A stretch of DNA of 31,970 nucleotides from Candidatus Heimdallarchaeota archaeon B3_Heim (GTDB taxonomy: Archaea > Asgardarchaeota > Heimdallarchaeia > Hodarchaeales > Hodarchaeaceae): contig NJBF01000041.1 in NCBI GenBank assembly GCA_003144275.1, positions 1 to 31,970 on the forward strand, written 5' to 3'. Made by a program: the position numbers and the translations under genes. This document shows, piece by piece, positions 18,854 through 28,266 of the stretch; positions within the stretch are counted from its first letter, which is position 1, and each line of letters opens with the position of its first letter. Under the pieces are notes generated by a model. That model saw nothing but the letters and a program-made list of their open reading frames with translations, ran no database searches and was not told the origin of the DNA.

Positions 18854-18927
18854 ATAACAATATTATATATTTTAGATATATACGTTTTGTTGCATATTGA
18901 ATATTCAAGAATAACAATATTTATAAA
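18854..18927. promoter_or_regulatory. Divergent ArsR/PDO promoter with candidate operator
   Basis: Direct repeat ATAACAATATT at 18854-18864 and 18911-18921; palindrome TTGAATATTCAA at 18897-18908; TATA box TTTATAAA at 18920-18927. Confidence 0.55.
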
Positions 18928-18963
18928 GAACTCTTTACATCGATGAATCAAGGTGAAAACATC

Positions 18964-19620
18964 ATGTCTGAGCATAAAGTTAAGATAGAAGATAAAATTT
19001 TAAATGAAATTAAAGGTATGTTTCAATCCATTGAAACAGACGTTACACTCCACATGTTTACTCGAAAAGATCATTGTTTATTATGTAATGAAACATTAGA
19101 CTTAGTACAGCAAGTAGCTACACAATCCGACAAAGTTCAATTAAAATTATGTGAATGCGATATTAACAGTGAAGAGGCTAAGAAATGGAAAATTGAACGG
19201 CATCCCGCTATTGTGGTCGAAGGTCAAAGCAAAGGATTAATCCGCTTTTATGGAATTCCCTCTGGCTATGAATTCGGAAGTTTAATTGAAAGTATCATTA
19301 TGTCTGGAAAAACCAATGGTTCAGATTTAGAACCCGAACTAGTTGAAGAGATTAAAGCAATTGATAAACCTCTCCACTTACAGGTTTTCGTAACTCCCAC
19401 TTGCCCTTATTGTCCAACTGCTGTACTGAATGCATTCAAGCTAGCCATGCTCAATGAAAATATCACTGCTGATATGATTGAAGCTACTGAGTTTCAGGAG
19501 CTATCTATGAAGTACCAAGTCCAAGGGGTGCCTAAGACAGTAATTAATGATTCATGGGATGTAGTGGGTGGTGTTCCTCCACAGGCTTTAATGGAAAAGG
19601 TTCGCCTTGCATTAAATTAG
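18964..19620 (+). CDS. Protein disulfide oxidoreductase (archaeal PDO / glutaredoxin-like, two thioredoxin folds)
   Basis: CLLC and CPYC motifs, RFYGIPSGYEF, TADMIEATEF, VQGVPKTVIN; ATG 18964 is preceded by GGTGA. Confidence 0.92.
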   Translation: MSEHKVKIEDKILNEIKGMFQSIETDVTLHMFTRKDHCLLCNETLDLVQQVATQSDKVQLKLCECDINSEEAKKWKIERHPAIVVEGQSKGLIRFYGIPSGYEFGSLIESIIMSGKTNGSDLEPELVEEIKAIDKPLHLQVFVTPTCPYCPTAVLNAFKLAMLNENITADMIEATEFQELSMKYQVQGVPKTVINDSWDVVGGVPPQALMEKVRLALN

Positions 19621-19670
19621 ATTTTTAACATCTTTTTTTTTTCACTTTTTTTCATTCGGTGGGAATAATA

Positions 19671-20276
19671 ATGATTGATAGAATAACATACAATTTTTTT
19701 AACAGAGGAATGTCTTTCGACGAATTTCTTAAAGATGCTACTGAAGACGATGCTAAAAGATTCCGATATTATTACGATAAAAGTGCGAAGAAGCACGCTC
19801 CTGAATCATTCCGTATTGATCTTGAACATCCAATTAACATTCTAGTTGCTGCAACGACTTGGTGTTGGGATTCGCAAACGAACATTCCTATTATTACTCG
19901 TATTGCTGAACACAGCCCAAATTTAAACATGAAAATTATGAACAAGGACCAATCACCATTTCTGGTAACCAAAGTCAATGATGGTGAAAAAGTTCCCCAA
20001 GTGTTAGTTTTCACTGAAGATTTTTATTATCTTGATCGTTGGGTTGAACGCTCCACACGAGCTTACCTTCTCTATGCAGAATATCGAAAGAAATATGGTT
20101 GGGCTGAAGAAACGAAGCATGAATTTGTTAAACAATATCGAAAAGGTTTCCTCAAACATCAAACTGAGATAGAACGATCCGTTATTGAGGAGATGCGAAT
20201 ATTATTGGCCAGAGCCGATGCCATTTCTGCTTCCACTGTAAGACTTGCAGATTCTGAAGGCTCGTGCGATGATTAA
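19671..20276 (+). CDS. Thioredoxin-like protein (Thioredoxin_9-type, WCWDS)
   Basis: Monocysteine WCxDS motif, NIPIITRIAE, KVPQVLVF, WVERS; ATG 19671 is preceded by GGTGGG. Confidence 0.75.
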   Translation: MIDRITYNFFNRGMSFDEFLKDATEDDAKRFRYYYDKSAKKHAPESFRIDLEHPINILVAATTWCWDSQTNIPIITRIAEHSPNLNMKIMNKDQSPFLVTKVNDGEKVPQVLVFTEDFYYLDRWVERSTRAYLLYAEYRKKYGWAEETKHEFVKQYRKGFLKHQTEIERSVIEEMRILLARADAISASTVRLADSEGSCDD

Positions 20277-20461
20277 TCTCTCTCATTTTTTTCTTTTTAT
20301 ACGACAAAAGCTTACTCCCAGATCGTCTTAGTGTACCTTCCACCATTCTAAACTATTACATTTGCCCAAGATTTCCTGAATCACTCCAGTGGTAATATAT
20401 TTAAACTCCATTTATTGGAAATCAGCTGTTTTTTGCACGAAGATCTGAATGCGGGAATTTT

Positions 20462-23077
20462 TTGGATAAACGAATGATTGAATGGAATCTGCCTTTACTG
20501 GAGATTTCCAAAGCATCGAGTCATGAAAAAAGTGTAAGACATGGTCATCCGAGTACTTTACACCTCTGGTGGGCTCGTCGTCCTCTTGCTAGTTCTAGAG
20601 CAACCATATTGGCTGCGTTACTAAAACTACCTCAATCTGAGTTTGATCAAATTGCACTCCTTCAATTCATTTCTGATATCTCCCCTTGGAGCATCGTGAA
20701 AACTCCACACCATACGATGATTGAAAGAGGAAGGAAATTAATTCAAGCTCAGTGGCATTCACATCCACCTAAACTTTTAGACCCCTTTTCGGGAGGAGGA
20801 TCGATTCCTCTAGAAGCTTTGAGGTTGGGCTGCGAGACTTATGCATCTGATTTGAATCCAATGGCAGTTCTAATTTCCAAAGCCACTTTAGAATGGCCAC
20901 AAAAGCTTGGTTCGCCTGAATTAGCTGATTTTGTTGCTTATTGGGCTGATAGGGTCCAGCAACAGGTGAAAAAAGAACTTAACAGATTCTATCCTACAGA
21001 TCAAAATGGAAATATACCTATAGGTTATTTATGGGCAAGAACCTTTCCGTGTGCAAATCCTCAATGCAACCATGATATTCCTCTAATTAAACATTTTTGG
21101 CTAGCTCGCACCAAAACACGTCGTATTGCTTACAAACCTATAATGAACCATGATTTAGATACTCCTCTTTCCTTTGTAATTCAGGAAGATCAAACAATCG
21201 ATTTTGATCCTTCAGAGGGGACTATAGCGAGATCTACTGTTCGGTGTCTTTTCTGTCAACAAGTTATCTCTTCTAATACCATTCGAGAATATGCCAAAGA
21301 GGGAAAACTCGGTCAACGTATGACAATTGTAATTCTCCGCAATCCATCAAAAGCTAAGAAAATCTATCGACTAGCAACAAAACGTGACGTAGAAGTTTAT
21401 CAAGAGACTGTGTCCTTTCTGACTGAAAAATTACACAATGATGAGCAATTTTACGATCTTGTCCCAAATGAACGACTACCACCAAAAGGAACCTTAGGCT
21501 TTAGCGTACAGAATTATGGTCTCCTAAGATGGAAAGATCTCTTTAATGAGAGACAATTGCTAGCCTTAATCTACTTCTTAAAGGAAATTAAGTCTAGTTC
21601 TTCATCGATACAACATTGGTTAAATAAAAACCATCCCGATGGACAACAGATTGATGTAAATTTGGCCCAAGTTATAATTACATATCTAGCCATTATTCTC
21701 GGACGATTAACAGACAAATGCTCAAATCTTGTGATCTATAATGTTTACGGGGAGAAAATTGAACATGTTTTTGGTCGAACAGCTCTTCCGATGACATGGG
21801 ACTATGTAGAACTGAATGTATTTTCAGGGGCAAATGGTGATTGGTCAAAACAGACAGAATGGGTTCTCAGATATCTTCAGAATAATTCGTGGAAAGCCCC
21901 ATCCAATGTAATAGTTGAACAGGCATCAGCTACAAAATTAGATCACCCAGATGACTATTTTGATGCGGTTATTACAGATCCCCCTTATTACGACAATGTG
22001 CCCTATTCAGATTTATCTGATTTTTTTTACGTTTGGTTTAAGCGCGCAGTAGGCGACATATTCCCACAATTATTTTCTACTCCCTTGACACCAAAGAATT
22101 TAGAAATTGTAGCAAACAAAGGACGTCAAGATAATCCAAAAGAGTTCTTTGAAACCATGTTAACTAAAGCTTTCCATGAATTTTTTCGAGTTCTCAAACC
22201 GAATGGTATTGCGATCTTTGTGTATGCTCACAAATCTACTTCGGGTTGGGAAACTATGCTGGAAGCTCTCATTCAGGCGGGGTTTTCGATAACATCCTCA
22301 TGGCCCATTCATACAGAAATGAAGACTCGATTAAGAGCTCGAACCTCAGCCGCATTGGCATCCTCAATTTACTTAGTATGTCGTAAAGGTGAACAACGAT
22401 CAGAGGGATATTTGCGAGAAATTATTGCGGAAGTCGAAAAAAATATTTTTACTCACCTAAAACGATTTTGGTCTGATGGGATACGGGGTGGTGATTTTTT
22501 TATTTCGGCCATTGGTCCTGGAATGGAGATATTTAGTCGATATCGTACGATTTTGAAATATTCGGGGGAACAAGTACCCATATCCGATCAATTATTGCAA
22601 ATTAGAAAGATCTCAACCAGTTTCCTATTTCGAATCCTTACCGATATTCCTCAAAACGCGGTAATAGATGAAACTGGACAATTTTACCTTGCTTATCGAT
22701 GGACTTATGGAGAATCAACGGTTGATTATGGAGAGGTACAAAAGCTCGCTCAAGCCTATGGTATTGATTTGAAACATCATTCAAGAACTGATGGTTTTGT
22801 ACAAATATCAGGTTCTCAAGTCACTATTAAGTCAGCACTAGAGCGATCAACAATTAATACTCAAAGTCACCACCTTGTTGACCTTATGCATCAAGCGGCT
22901 CTCGCTTGGAAATCAAATGACAAAGAAATATTATCTCAATTATTCGATTCAGCAATCAAACCTGTTAGAAATATCTTTGGCCCATTTTGTCAAGCTGTTG
23001 CAGAATGTTTACCTCCTCACAATCAAGAAAAACAACTCTTAGAGGGATTACTTGTAAGCCAATTTCTTAGAGTATAA
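20462..23077 (+). CDS. DUF1156-family adenine-specific DNA methyltransferase
   Basis: LHLWWARRPLASSRA (DUF1156), SAM-binding DPFSGGGSIPLEALRLG, Cys-pair insert (CANPQC, CLFC), catalytic TDPPYYDNVPYSDLSDFFYVW; TTG start. Confidence 0.9.
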   Translation: MDKRMIEWNLPLLEISKASSHEKSVRHGHPSTLHLWWARRPLASSRATILAALLKLPQSEFDQIALLQFISDISPWSIVKTPHHTMIERGRKLIQAQWHSHPPKLLDPFSGGGSIPLEALRLGCETYASDLNPMAVLISKATLEWPQKLGSPELADFVAYWADRVQQQVKKELNRFYPTDQNGNIPIGYLWARTFPCANPQCNHDIPLIKHFWLARTKTRRIAYKPIMNHDLDTPLSFVIQEDQTIDFDPSEGTIARSTVRCLFCQQVISSNTIREYAKEGKLGQRMTIVILRNPSKAKKIYRLATKRDVEVYQETVSFLTEKLHNDEQFYDLVPNERLPPKGTLGFSVQNYGLLRWKDLFNERQLLALIYFLKEIKSSSSSIQHWLNKNHPDGQQIDVNLAQVIITYLAIILGRLTDKCSNLVIYNVYGEKIEHVFGRTALPMTWDYVELNVFSGANGDWSKQTEWVLRYLQNNSWKAPSNVIVEQASATKLDHPDDYFDAVITDPPYYDNVPYSDLSDFFYVWFKRAVGDIFPQLFSTPLTPKNLEIVANKGRQDNPKEFFETMLTKAFHEFFRVLKPNGIAIFVYAHKSTSGWETMLEALIQAGFSITSSWPIHTEMKTRLRARTSAALASSIYLVCRKGEQRSEGYLREIIAEVEKNIFTHLKRFWSDGIRGGDFFISAIGPGMEIFSRYRTILKYSGEQVPISDQLLQIRKISTSFLFRILTDIPQNAVIDETGQFYLAYRWTYGESTVDYGEVQKLAQAYGIDLKHHSRTDGFVQISGSQVTIKSALERSTINTQSHHLVDLMHQAALAWKSNDKEILSQLFDSAIKPVRNIFGPFCQAVAECLPPHNQEKQLLEGLLVSQFLRV

Positions 23078-23081
23078 CGAG

Positions 23082-23552
23082 TTAATTCTTACGTAATTTT
23101 AGTAATTCTCCATTCATCCTTGTTAAGATATTCTCAATTACTTTTTGACTCTTTAACAATGTCGAAAGTTCATTCTGAATAGATTTCATCGTACTTTCCA
23201 TCAAAGTTAACCGATTATCCACCTTTGGTAAAAAAGAATTTGTTACATTATCTACCGAGGGAGAAGAAGCTCCAGGCTGTGAAGAATAGCTTGGCTCTGA
23301 AGAATGAACTCCTTTACTCATAGGCTCAGATTTAGGACTTTCCTTTCTTGAAGGAATAGGTCCCATACTCTCACGGTCAGGAATTCCTTCAACGTACGAA
23401 GGGGCTGGAGGCTCTTCAAAGTTTTCTTGCAAAGTTTTGGGGATAATCGGTTGAATATCGCTGGTAGTACGATCCGTTAAGGAGAGATCGCTTCCGCAAT
23501 GTGGACAGGGAAATTTCATCACATAATTACGGCATTTTTTACATACAGGCAT
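23082..23552 (-). CDS. Hypothetical protein: N-terminal C4 Zn ribbon, Pro/Ser-rich linker, C-terminal coiled coil
   Basis: CKKC-x8-CPHC; low-complexity middle region; heptad-like C-terminus. Confidence 0.75.
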   Translation of the reverse strand: MPVCKKCRNYVMKFPCPHCGSDLSLTDRTTSDIQPIIPKTLQENFEEPPAPSYVEGIPDRESMGPIPSRKESPKSEPMSKGVHSSEPSYSSQPGASSPSVDNVTNSFLPKVDNRLTLMESTMKSIQNELSTLLKSQKVIENILTRMNGELLKLRKN

Positions 23553-23668
23553 TTTTCCACCTTTTCATCAGGAGTAAAAAATCTGAAAGTGTTTGAGGAA
23601 TAATATAACCTTCACATTAAAAAAAATAGCTAAAAGGAAAAAAAGGATGGAAAAACTCAGTAATCCTA

Positions 23669-25054
23669 TTACTGAGTAGCTGTGGTTATACGACAATCTT
23701 TTACACGAATTGTTGGGATCCACGTGGGTACAGAAACTTCCCACCATTTCACTTGAACACGGTCATTTCCCATAGCGTCAATGTTGGCAAAATGATTTAG
23801 AATTTTATCACTGATTCTAAAATTCTTTAGTGGAGTCGATAATTCACCTTTTTCAACAAGAAAAGCGGCATCACGAGGAATAGTACTATATTCAGTCGAT
23901 ATCCTACTGGTAAAACGCGTGTACCAATTACAAGTTACATAGATGGTCTTCCGTGAAGTATCTAACAATTCATCAAACGAATGATCACCATTATTAAATA
24001 CTGTATTTGTAGGTGCGGGAGCCATAATCTTACTACCTATTCCAAAGTCTACGAAGGCTCCATTCCCAGTACTTTCACCTTGAAACATATTACCAGTGGT
24101 AGTATTATGGATATAACTTTTTAATACACCCTCATGAATTATGGGAGTATTGTATCTTGAAGTTCCTTCAATATCGATAGGAGTTGTCGCTAATCCACCA
24201 GGTTGCATACCATTATCCTCAATATTTACGAAATCAGGGGCAAGTTTTTCACCCATTTTATCACCTAATGAACTCATGCCTATCAAAATAGCTAGAGGAT
24301 TGGCATCCTGAGGAATTTTACCAAGTATATTAGCAGCAACTGCAGGGTTCATGATAATATCATATAAACCTGCTTTAACCTGTTGGGCATTCTTGTGCGA
24401 TTTAGAAAATTGGCCTGCTTTAGCTGCAGCTTGAACTAAATCTTTTTCTGAACTAGTAGGGATACGTCCACAGGCAAGACCTTGGCCTGAAGCATCTAAC
24501 TCCTCTTGAAATGCTCTAACCGTTAGGTTATAGAAAGTATTTTTGAAACTACCAGTCGGGCCAGCAGAACTAGAAAGATAGTACGAATTCTTGCCAAATA
24601 AAAAGGAGCCAGCAACTCGTTTTGCACCAGTATTAATAGCTTCATCTATGCACGTATTAATGACTTGAGGTGCTTTCTCTCGATATTCGTCAATATTGGA
24701 GTCGAAATGATTATCATAAGAGGAATGATCTATCTCATGTTTTTCAGATTCCACACCCATGAAAAACGGACTAGGGGTCATATTCTGGGCAAACTTTATC
24801 TGAGCATGAACTCGTTCCTTAACATATACTTCATCACGTGGAGAAAAGGAGCCTATTGAAACTTGATTCCCCTCAACAACAACCAATAGTTCAATTAAAT
24901 CAGATTGCCATTGCTTATTGATATCTATTTTATTTTGAGAAAAACGGATTTGATTGTTCATCGATTGGGAACCTAAACCTAGAATGAGGTCGACTTTTTG
25001 TTTTTGCCCGACTGAAATGGCATAATCAACAAGTGATCTTAGTGTATCGTCCAT
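23669..25054 (-). CDS. tldE: TldE/PmbA family protein
   Basis: PIDIEGT, GVLKSYIHN, STGNG, LKNFRISDK, IPTIRVKD motifs; no HExxxH; real start MDDTL at 25054 with SD GGTGA, 10 nt after the tldD stop. Confidence 0.88.
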   Translation of the reverse strand: MDDTLRSLVDYAISVGQKQKVDLILGLGSQSMNNQIRFSQNKIDINKQWQSDLIELLVVVEGNQVSIGSFSPRDEVYVKERVHAQIKFAQNMTPSPFFMGVESEKHEIDHSSYDNHFDSNIDEYREKAPQVINTCIDEAINTGAKRVAGSFLFGKNSYYLSSSAGPTGSFKNTFYNLTVRAFQEELDASGQGLACGRIPTSSEKDLVQAAAKAGQFSKSHKNAQQVKAGLYDIIMNPAVAANILGKIPQDANPLAILIGMSSLGDKMGEKLAPDFVNIEDNGMQPGGLATTPIDIEGTSRYNTPIIHEGVLKSYIHNTTTGNMFQGESTGNGAFVDFGIGSKIMAPAPTNTVFNNGDHSFDELLDTSRKTIYVTCNWYTRFTSRISTEYSTIPRDAAFLVEKGELSTPLKNFRISDKILNHFANIDAMGNDRVQVKWWEVSVPTWIPTIRVKDCRITTATQ

Positions 25055-25064
25055 ATCATTCACC

Positions 25065-26486
25065 TTAACCCAGTCTAATACCTCGCATACGTATTGAACC
25101 CCCTCCAGCATAGACAGGAACTCCTTGTCCAGGATCTGACTTCCCACATATACCTGGAAAATCAAAATTGAGATCCTTAGTTACACCATCAACCGATGAA
25201 AAGAGTCCAATTGAGGTCAATTCCATGACGGGTCTTCTTACCATTGTCTCAGTTATTTCCCCATCCTTGATTTCGTAACACTCAAAACCCACATATTTCG
25301 ATTGATATCTTCTATCGTCAATATTCCATTCAGTGAACGATAGCATGTATATACCGTGTTTTACATCCTCAACTAATTCGTTAAATGTAAAATCACCAGG
25401 TTTCATATAAGTATTAGCCATTCTAATAATAGGCTCTCTGTTAAAATCAGAAGAACGAGAGGAACCATTAGAACCCATCCCGAATTTCACACCAAACTCG
25501 CGATTAAGAAGCGGTTCGGTAATTATTCCGTTCTTAATAAGGACACGCTCGCGTGCTTTCACACCTTCGTCATCATACAAATAATATCCCCCAGTTCCCG
25601 GAATTGTAGGATCTTCAAGAATGGTAACATGGTCTGAACCTACTCGCGATTTACCAAGGGTTAAATCACGCCAAAACGACTCTCCAGCTTGAGCCCCTTC
25701 TCTCCCCATAATTCTATCACCTTCCGACGGATGTCCTGCATTCTCATGACAAATGATACCCACTACTTCTGGTCCCACTACAAAATCCACTTTTCCTGTT
25801 AACTTATGATCAGATTGCGAAGCAACTTTGGCTATTCGTCCACACTCGTTCTCGACTTCTTCGATCCATGTTTTCGTTCCTTCCCAACCTGTGCTTCGAG
25901 TTAGATCAACATAGCGTTGTTCTGAATCCAAAACACCTTTAGCGGTAATAACTCCTATAAATTTCAACATAGACAAATCAGATTCAATTTTTGTTCCCTC
26001 TGAAGTAACTAAATATTTTGTTAGACTTTGTGCTTCAAAAATAGTGGCACGTGTATTGATTCCAGCATCTTCCGCTACTTTATCCATTTCTTGCAACTTT
26101 GTTATCATAGTTTCAAGTGGAACATCTCGTAAATTTTCTTTTGCAGGAACCTTCCACTTGGCAACATTTGATACAGGTGGTCCAAAGTCTATTTTTTCCT
26201 TTGGATTTGAATTCCTAGCCATTTTCACGCTAGTTGTAATAGCGCTCTTAACTGCTTTTTTTGTAAGATTATCTACCGATACAAATGATAGACCACCATT
26301 ACACAAAACTCTGAATCCTATCCCTTTCCATGGAAGCTCAGATCCTGAGATAAGGTTACCATTATGTAAAACAAAGGCAACTCGTTGTCCATCTATTAAC
26401 CTTGCTTCAGAATAGTCTGCACCATGATCTTGGGCGTATTCCATTCCAAATTCAGCTAAATCCGCATACTCTGACACATTATCCAC
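25065..26486 (-). CDS. tldD: TldD family metalloprotease
   Basis: HENAGH metal motif, YDDEGV, PIIRMANTY, C-terminal Cys ligand CGKSD..GQGVPVYAGG. Confidence 0.92.
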   Translation of the reverse strand: MDNVSEYADLAEFGMEYAQDHGADYSEARLIDGQRVAFVLHNGNLISGSELPWKGIGFRVLCNGGLSFVSVDNLTKKAVKSAITTSVKMARNSNPKEKIDFGPPVSNVAKWKVPAKENLRDVPLETMITKLQEMDKVAEDAGINTRATIFEAQSLTKYLVTSEGTKIESDLSMLKFIGVITAKGVLDSEQRYVDLTRSTGWEGTKTWIEEVENECGRIAKVASQSDHKLTGKVDFVVGPEVVGIICHENAGHPSEGDRIMGREGAQAGESFWRDLTLGKSRVGSDHVTILEDPTIPGTGGYYLYDDEGVKARERVLIKNGIITEPLLNREFGVKFGMGSNGSSRSSDFNREPIIRMANTYMKPGDFTFNELVEDVKHGIYMLSFTEWNIDDRRYQSKYVGFECYEIKDGEITETMVRRPVMELTSIGLFSSVDGVTKDLNFDFPGICGKSDPGQGVPVYAGGGSIRMRGIRLG

Positions 26487-26623
26487 CTCTTGTCGGGTTC
26501 CTTAATGGGACAAAAAGATGATTTTATAGTGCTTAATTCTGTTTCTTTACAATCAATTCCTCATTCCCCTCTCTCCCCCAAAGAAGATTGGGAGGATAAT
26601 TTATAAATTATGCTCGGTTATAA

Positions 26624-26962
26624 TTATATTAGCATTACATCATAATCAAGCTTGATCCAACTCCGTAACGGAGGGTGGCCAGATAATTCCCCATTGATTG
26701 GTAATCCTTGTCTTCGGGCACTATCTAACGCATTCATTGACTTGGCGCATACCTCACAAACAGCGTAAATTAATTTTTTTTCTTTTACTTGTTCAAATTT
26801 CTTGAATTTTTTACCTTCGAATTCTTTGACGAATTTGCACGCCTCACTTTCGAAGATAACGCCCGCTTCATAGCCTTTTTCGGCTAAATCTAACACATTT
26901 AGTAGAATATGCGTAAAAATTCCTTTATTAAAGTTAAATAAAACAAACAACTGCTTTCTCAT
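26624..26962 (-). CDS. DsrE/DsrF-like sulfur-relay or redox protein
   Basis: HILLNVLDL, VIFESEA, CEVCA and GHP motifs in a 112-aa protein. Confidence 0.7.
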   Translation of the reverse strand: MRKQLFVLFNFNKGIFTHILLNVLDLAEKGYEAGVIFESEACKFVKEFEGKKFKKFEQVKEKKLIYAVCEVCAKSMNALDSARRQGLPINGELSGHPPLRSWIKLDYDVMLI

Positions 26963-27372
26963 TGCCTACCATCCATATTTTAGATTATCCAGAAAGAGGG
27001 AGGAAATAGTATAAGTGTTTTACTGACGATGCTTTATCTAAGATCTTTGTAAAAGGAATGAAGAAGAAATAAAAACTTCTAGTGGCATTTAACTCGCTAT
27101 TAATTAGAATAGGGGTACTTTTGGAAATAAAAAATTACTCCATACTCTAGCTTTTCGATTCATCTGTCCTGATAATTCAAGAATGGGATTATTAGACTTT
27201 CAGGAAAAAAAATTATCTTAGATTGACCATATAACGTCCACGAGCTAGTAAAATACTTAAAAATAGATAAATAAGACAGAACAAAACTCTCTCATTTTCC
27301 ATTGGGGCAGATATTTTAAAAACTAAAAATATCGCAAGACGAATTATACAAATTCTTTAGGAGCAAAAACCC

Positions 27373-28266
27373 TTGAATTTACCTCAAATCTCTCCAGGAA
27401 CAAGACTTAAAAAAGCACTTGAGAAGGAAAAGCCTCTACAAGTGGTGGGCACAATTAATGCACTAATGGCTATGCTAGCGAAAAAAACAGAATACCAAGC
27501 GATTTATCTATCTGGCGCGGGTGTAGCTAATGCCTCATATGGACTTCCTGACCTTGGAATTACCACGCTTGATAATGTAGCTGAAGATGCGAGACGTATA
27601 ACGGATGTTGTCGATCTTCCATTATTAGTTGACATTGATACTGGTTTTGGAGCAACAGCTTTTTCTATAGCGAGAACTATTCAAACATTGGAGAAAGTAG
27701 GGGTTGCCGGAGTTCATATAGAAGATCAAGAAGCTCAAAAACGATGTGGTCATCGTCCAAGAAAGAAAATTGTAACCACAGAGGAAATGTGTGATCGAAT
27801 CCAAGTAGCAGCCCAGGCACGACTTGATCCTGATTTTATGATAATGGCGAGAACAGATGCTTTTGCAAAAGAAGGTCTCAAAGGTGCTATTGAAAGAATA
27901 CACCAATATATAGAAGTTGGGGCGACTGCTATTTTTCCAGAAGCACTTACATCCCTTACCGAATATAAAGCTATAACTGATACTGTTTCAGTTCCAGTTT
28001 TAGCCAATATCACAGAATTTGGTAAAACTCCGCTTTTTTCTGTGAAAGAATTACAGAAAGTTGGAGTTTCGTTGATATTATATCCACTTACAGCATTTCG
28101 TGCAATGAATAAAGCCGCTGAACAAGTATATTCTAGCCTCCGAAAACAAGGAACACAAGAATCGATGATTGAGAAAATGCAGACACGTGAAGAATTGTAC
28201 AAGTTACTTGACTATTATCGATGGGAAGCTATTCTTGATCAGTTAGGGGGTAACAAAAATACCTAA
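27373..28266 (+). CDS. prpB: 2-methylisocitrate lyase
   Basis: [68 protein letters not shown]; TTG start with SD AGGAG at 27359-27363. Confidence 0.96.
   Translation: MNLPQISPGTRLKKALEKEKPLQVVGTINALMAMLAKKTEYQAIYLSGAGVANASYGLPDLGITTLDNVAEDARRITDVVDLPLLVDIDTGFGATAFSIARTIQTLEKVGVAGVHIEDQEAQKRCGHRPRKKIVTTEEMCDRIQVAAQARLDPDFMIMARTDAFAKEGLKGAIERIHQYIEVGATAIFPEALTSLTEYKAITDTVSVPVLANITEFGKTPLFSVKELQKVGVSLILYPLTAFRAMNKAAEQVYSSLRKQGTQESMIEKMQTREELYKLLDYYRWEAILDQLGGNKNT

Noticed and set aside
18519-20276. Selenoprotein or pyrrolysine recoding in the redox genes
   Set aside because: All redox motifs use Cys codons, and no in-frame TGA/TAG interrupts a conserved domain.
20462-23077. Complete BREX/DISARM/type III R-M defence island
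   Set aside because: No ATPase, helicase, nuclease or PglZ gene is adjacent; only the methylase is present.
25055-25165. Apparent 100-nt overlap between tldD and tldE
   Set aside because: ORF-caller artefact. ATG 25054 with SD GGTGA gives a normal TldE starting 10 nt after the tldD stop.
26596-26611. Perfect 16-bp palindrome ATAATTTATAAATTAT
   Set aside because: It is AT-only; roughly one such palindrome is expected by chance in 32 kb at this composition, and it may just be a TATA element.
28247-28266. Programmed -1 frameshift fusing PrpB to PrpC
   Set aside because: prpC is in the +1 frame relative to prpB, and C-AAA-AAT is not a canonical X-XXY-YYZ slippery heptamer.
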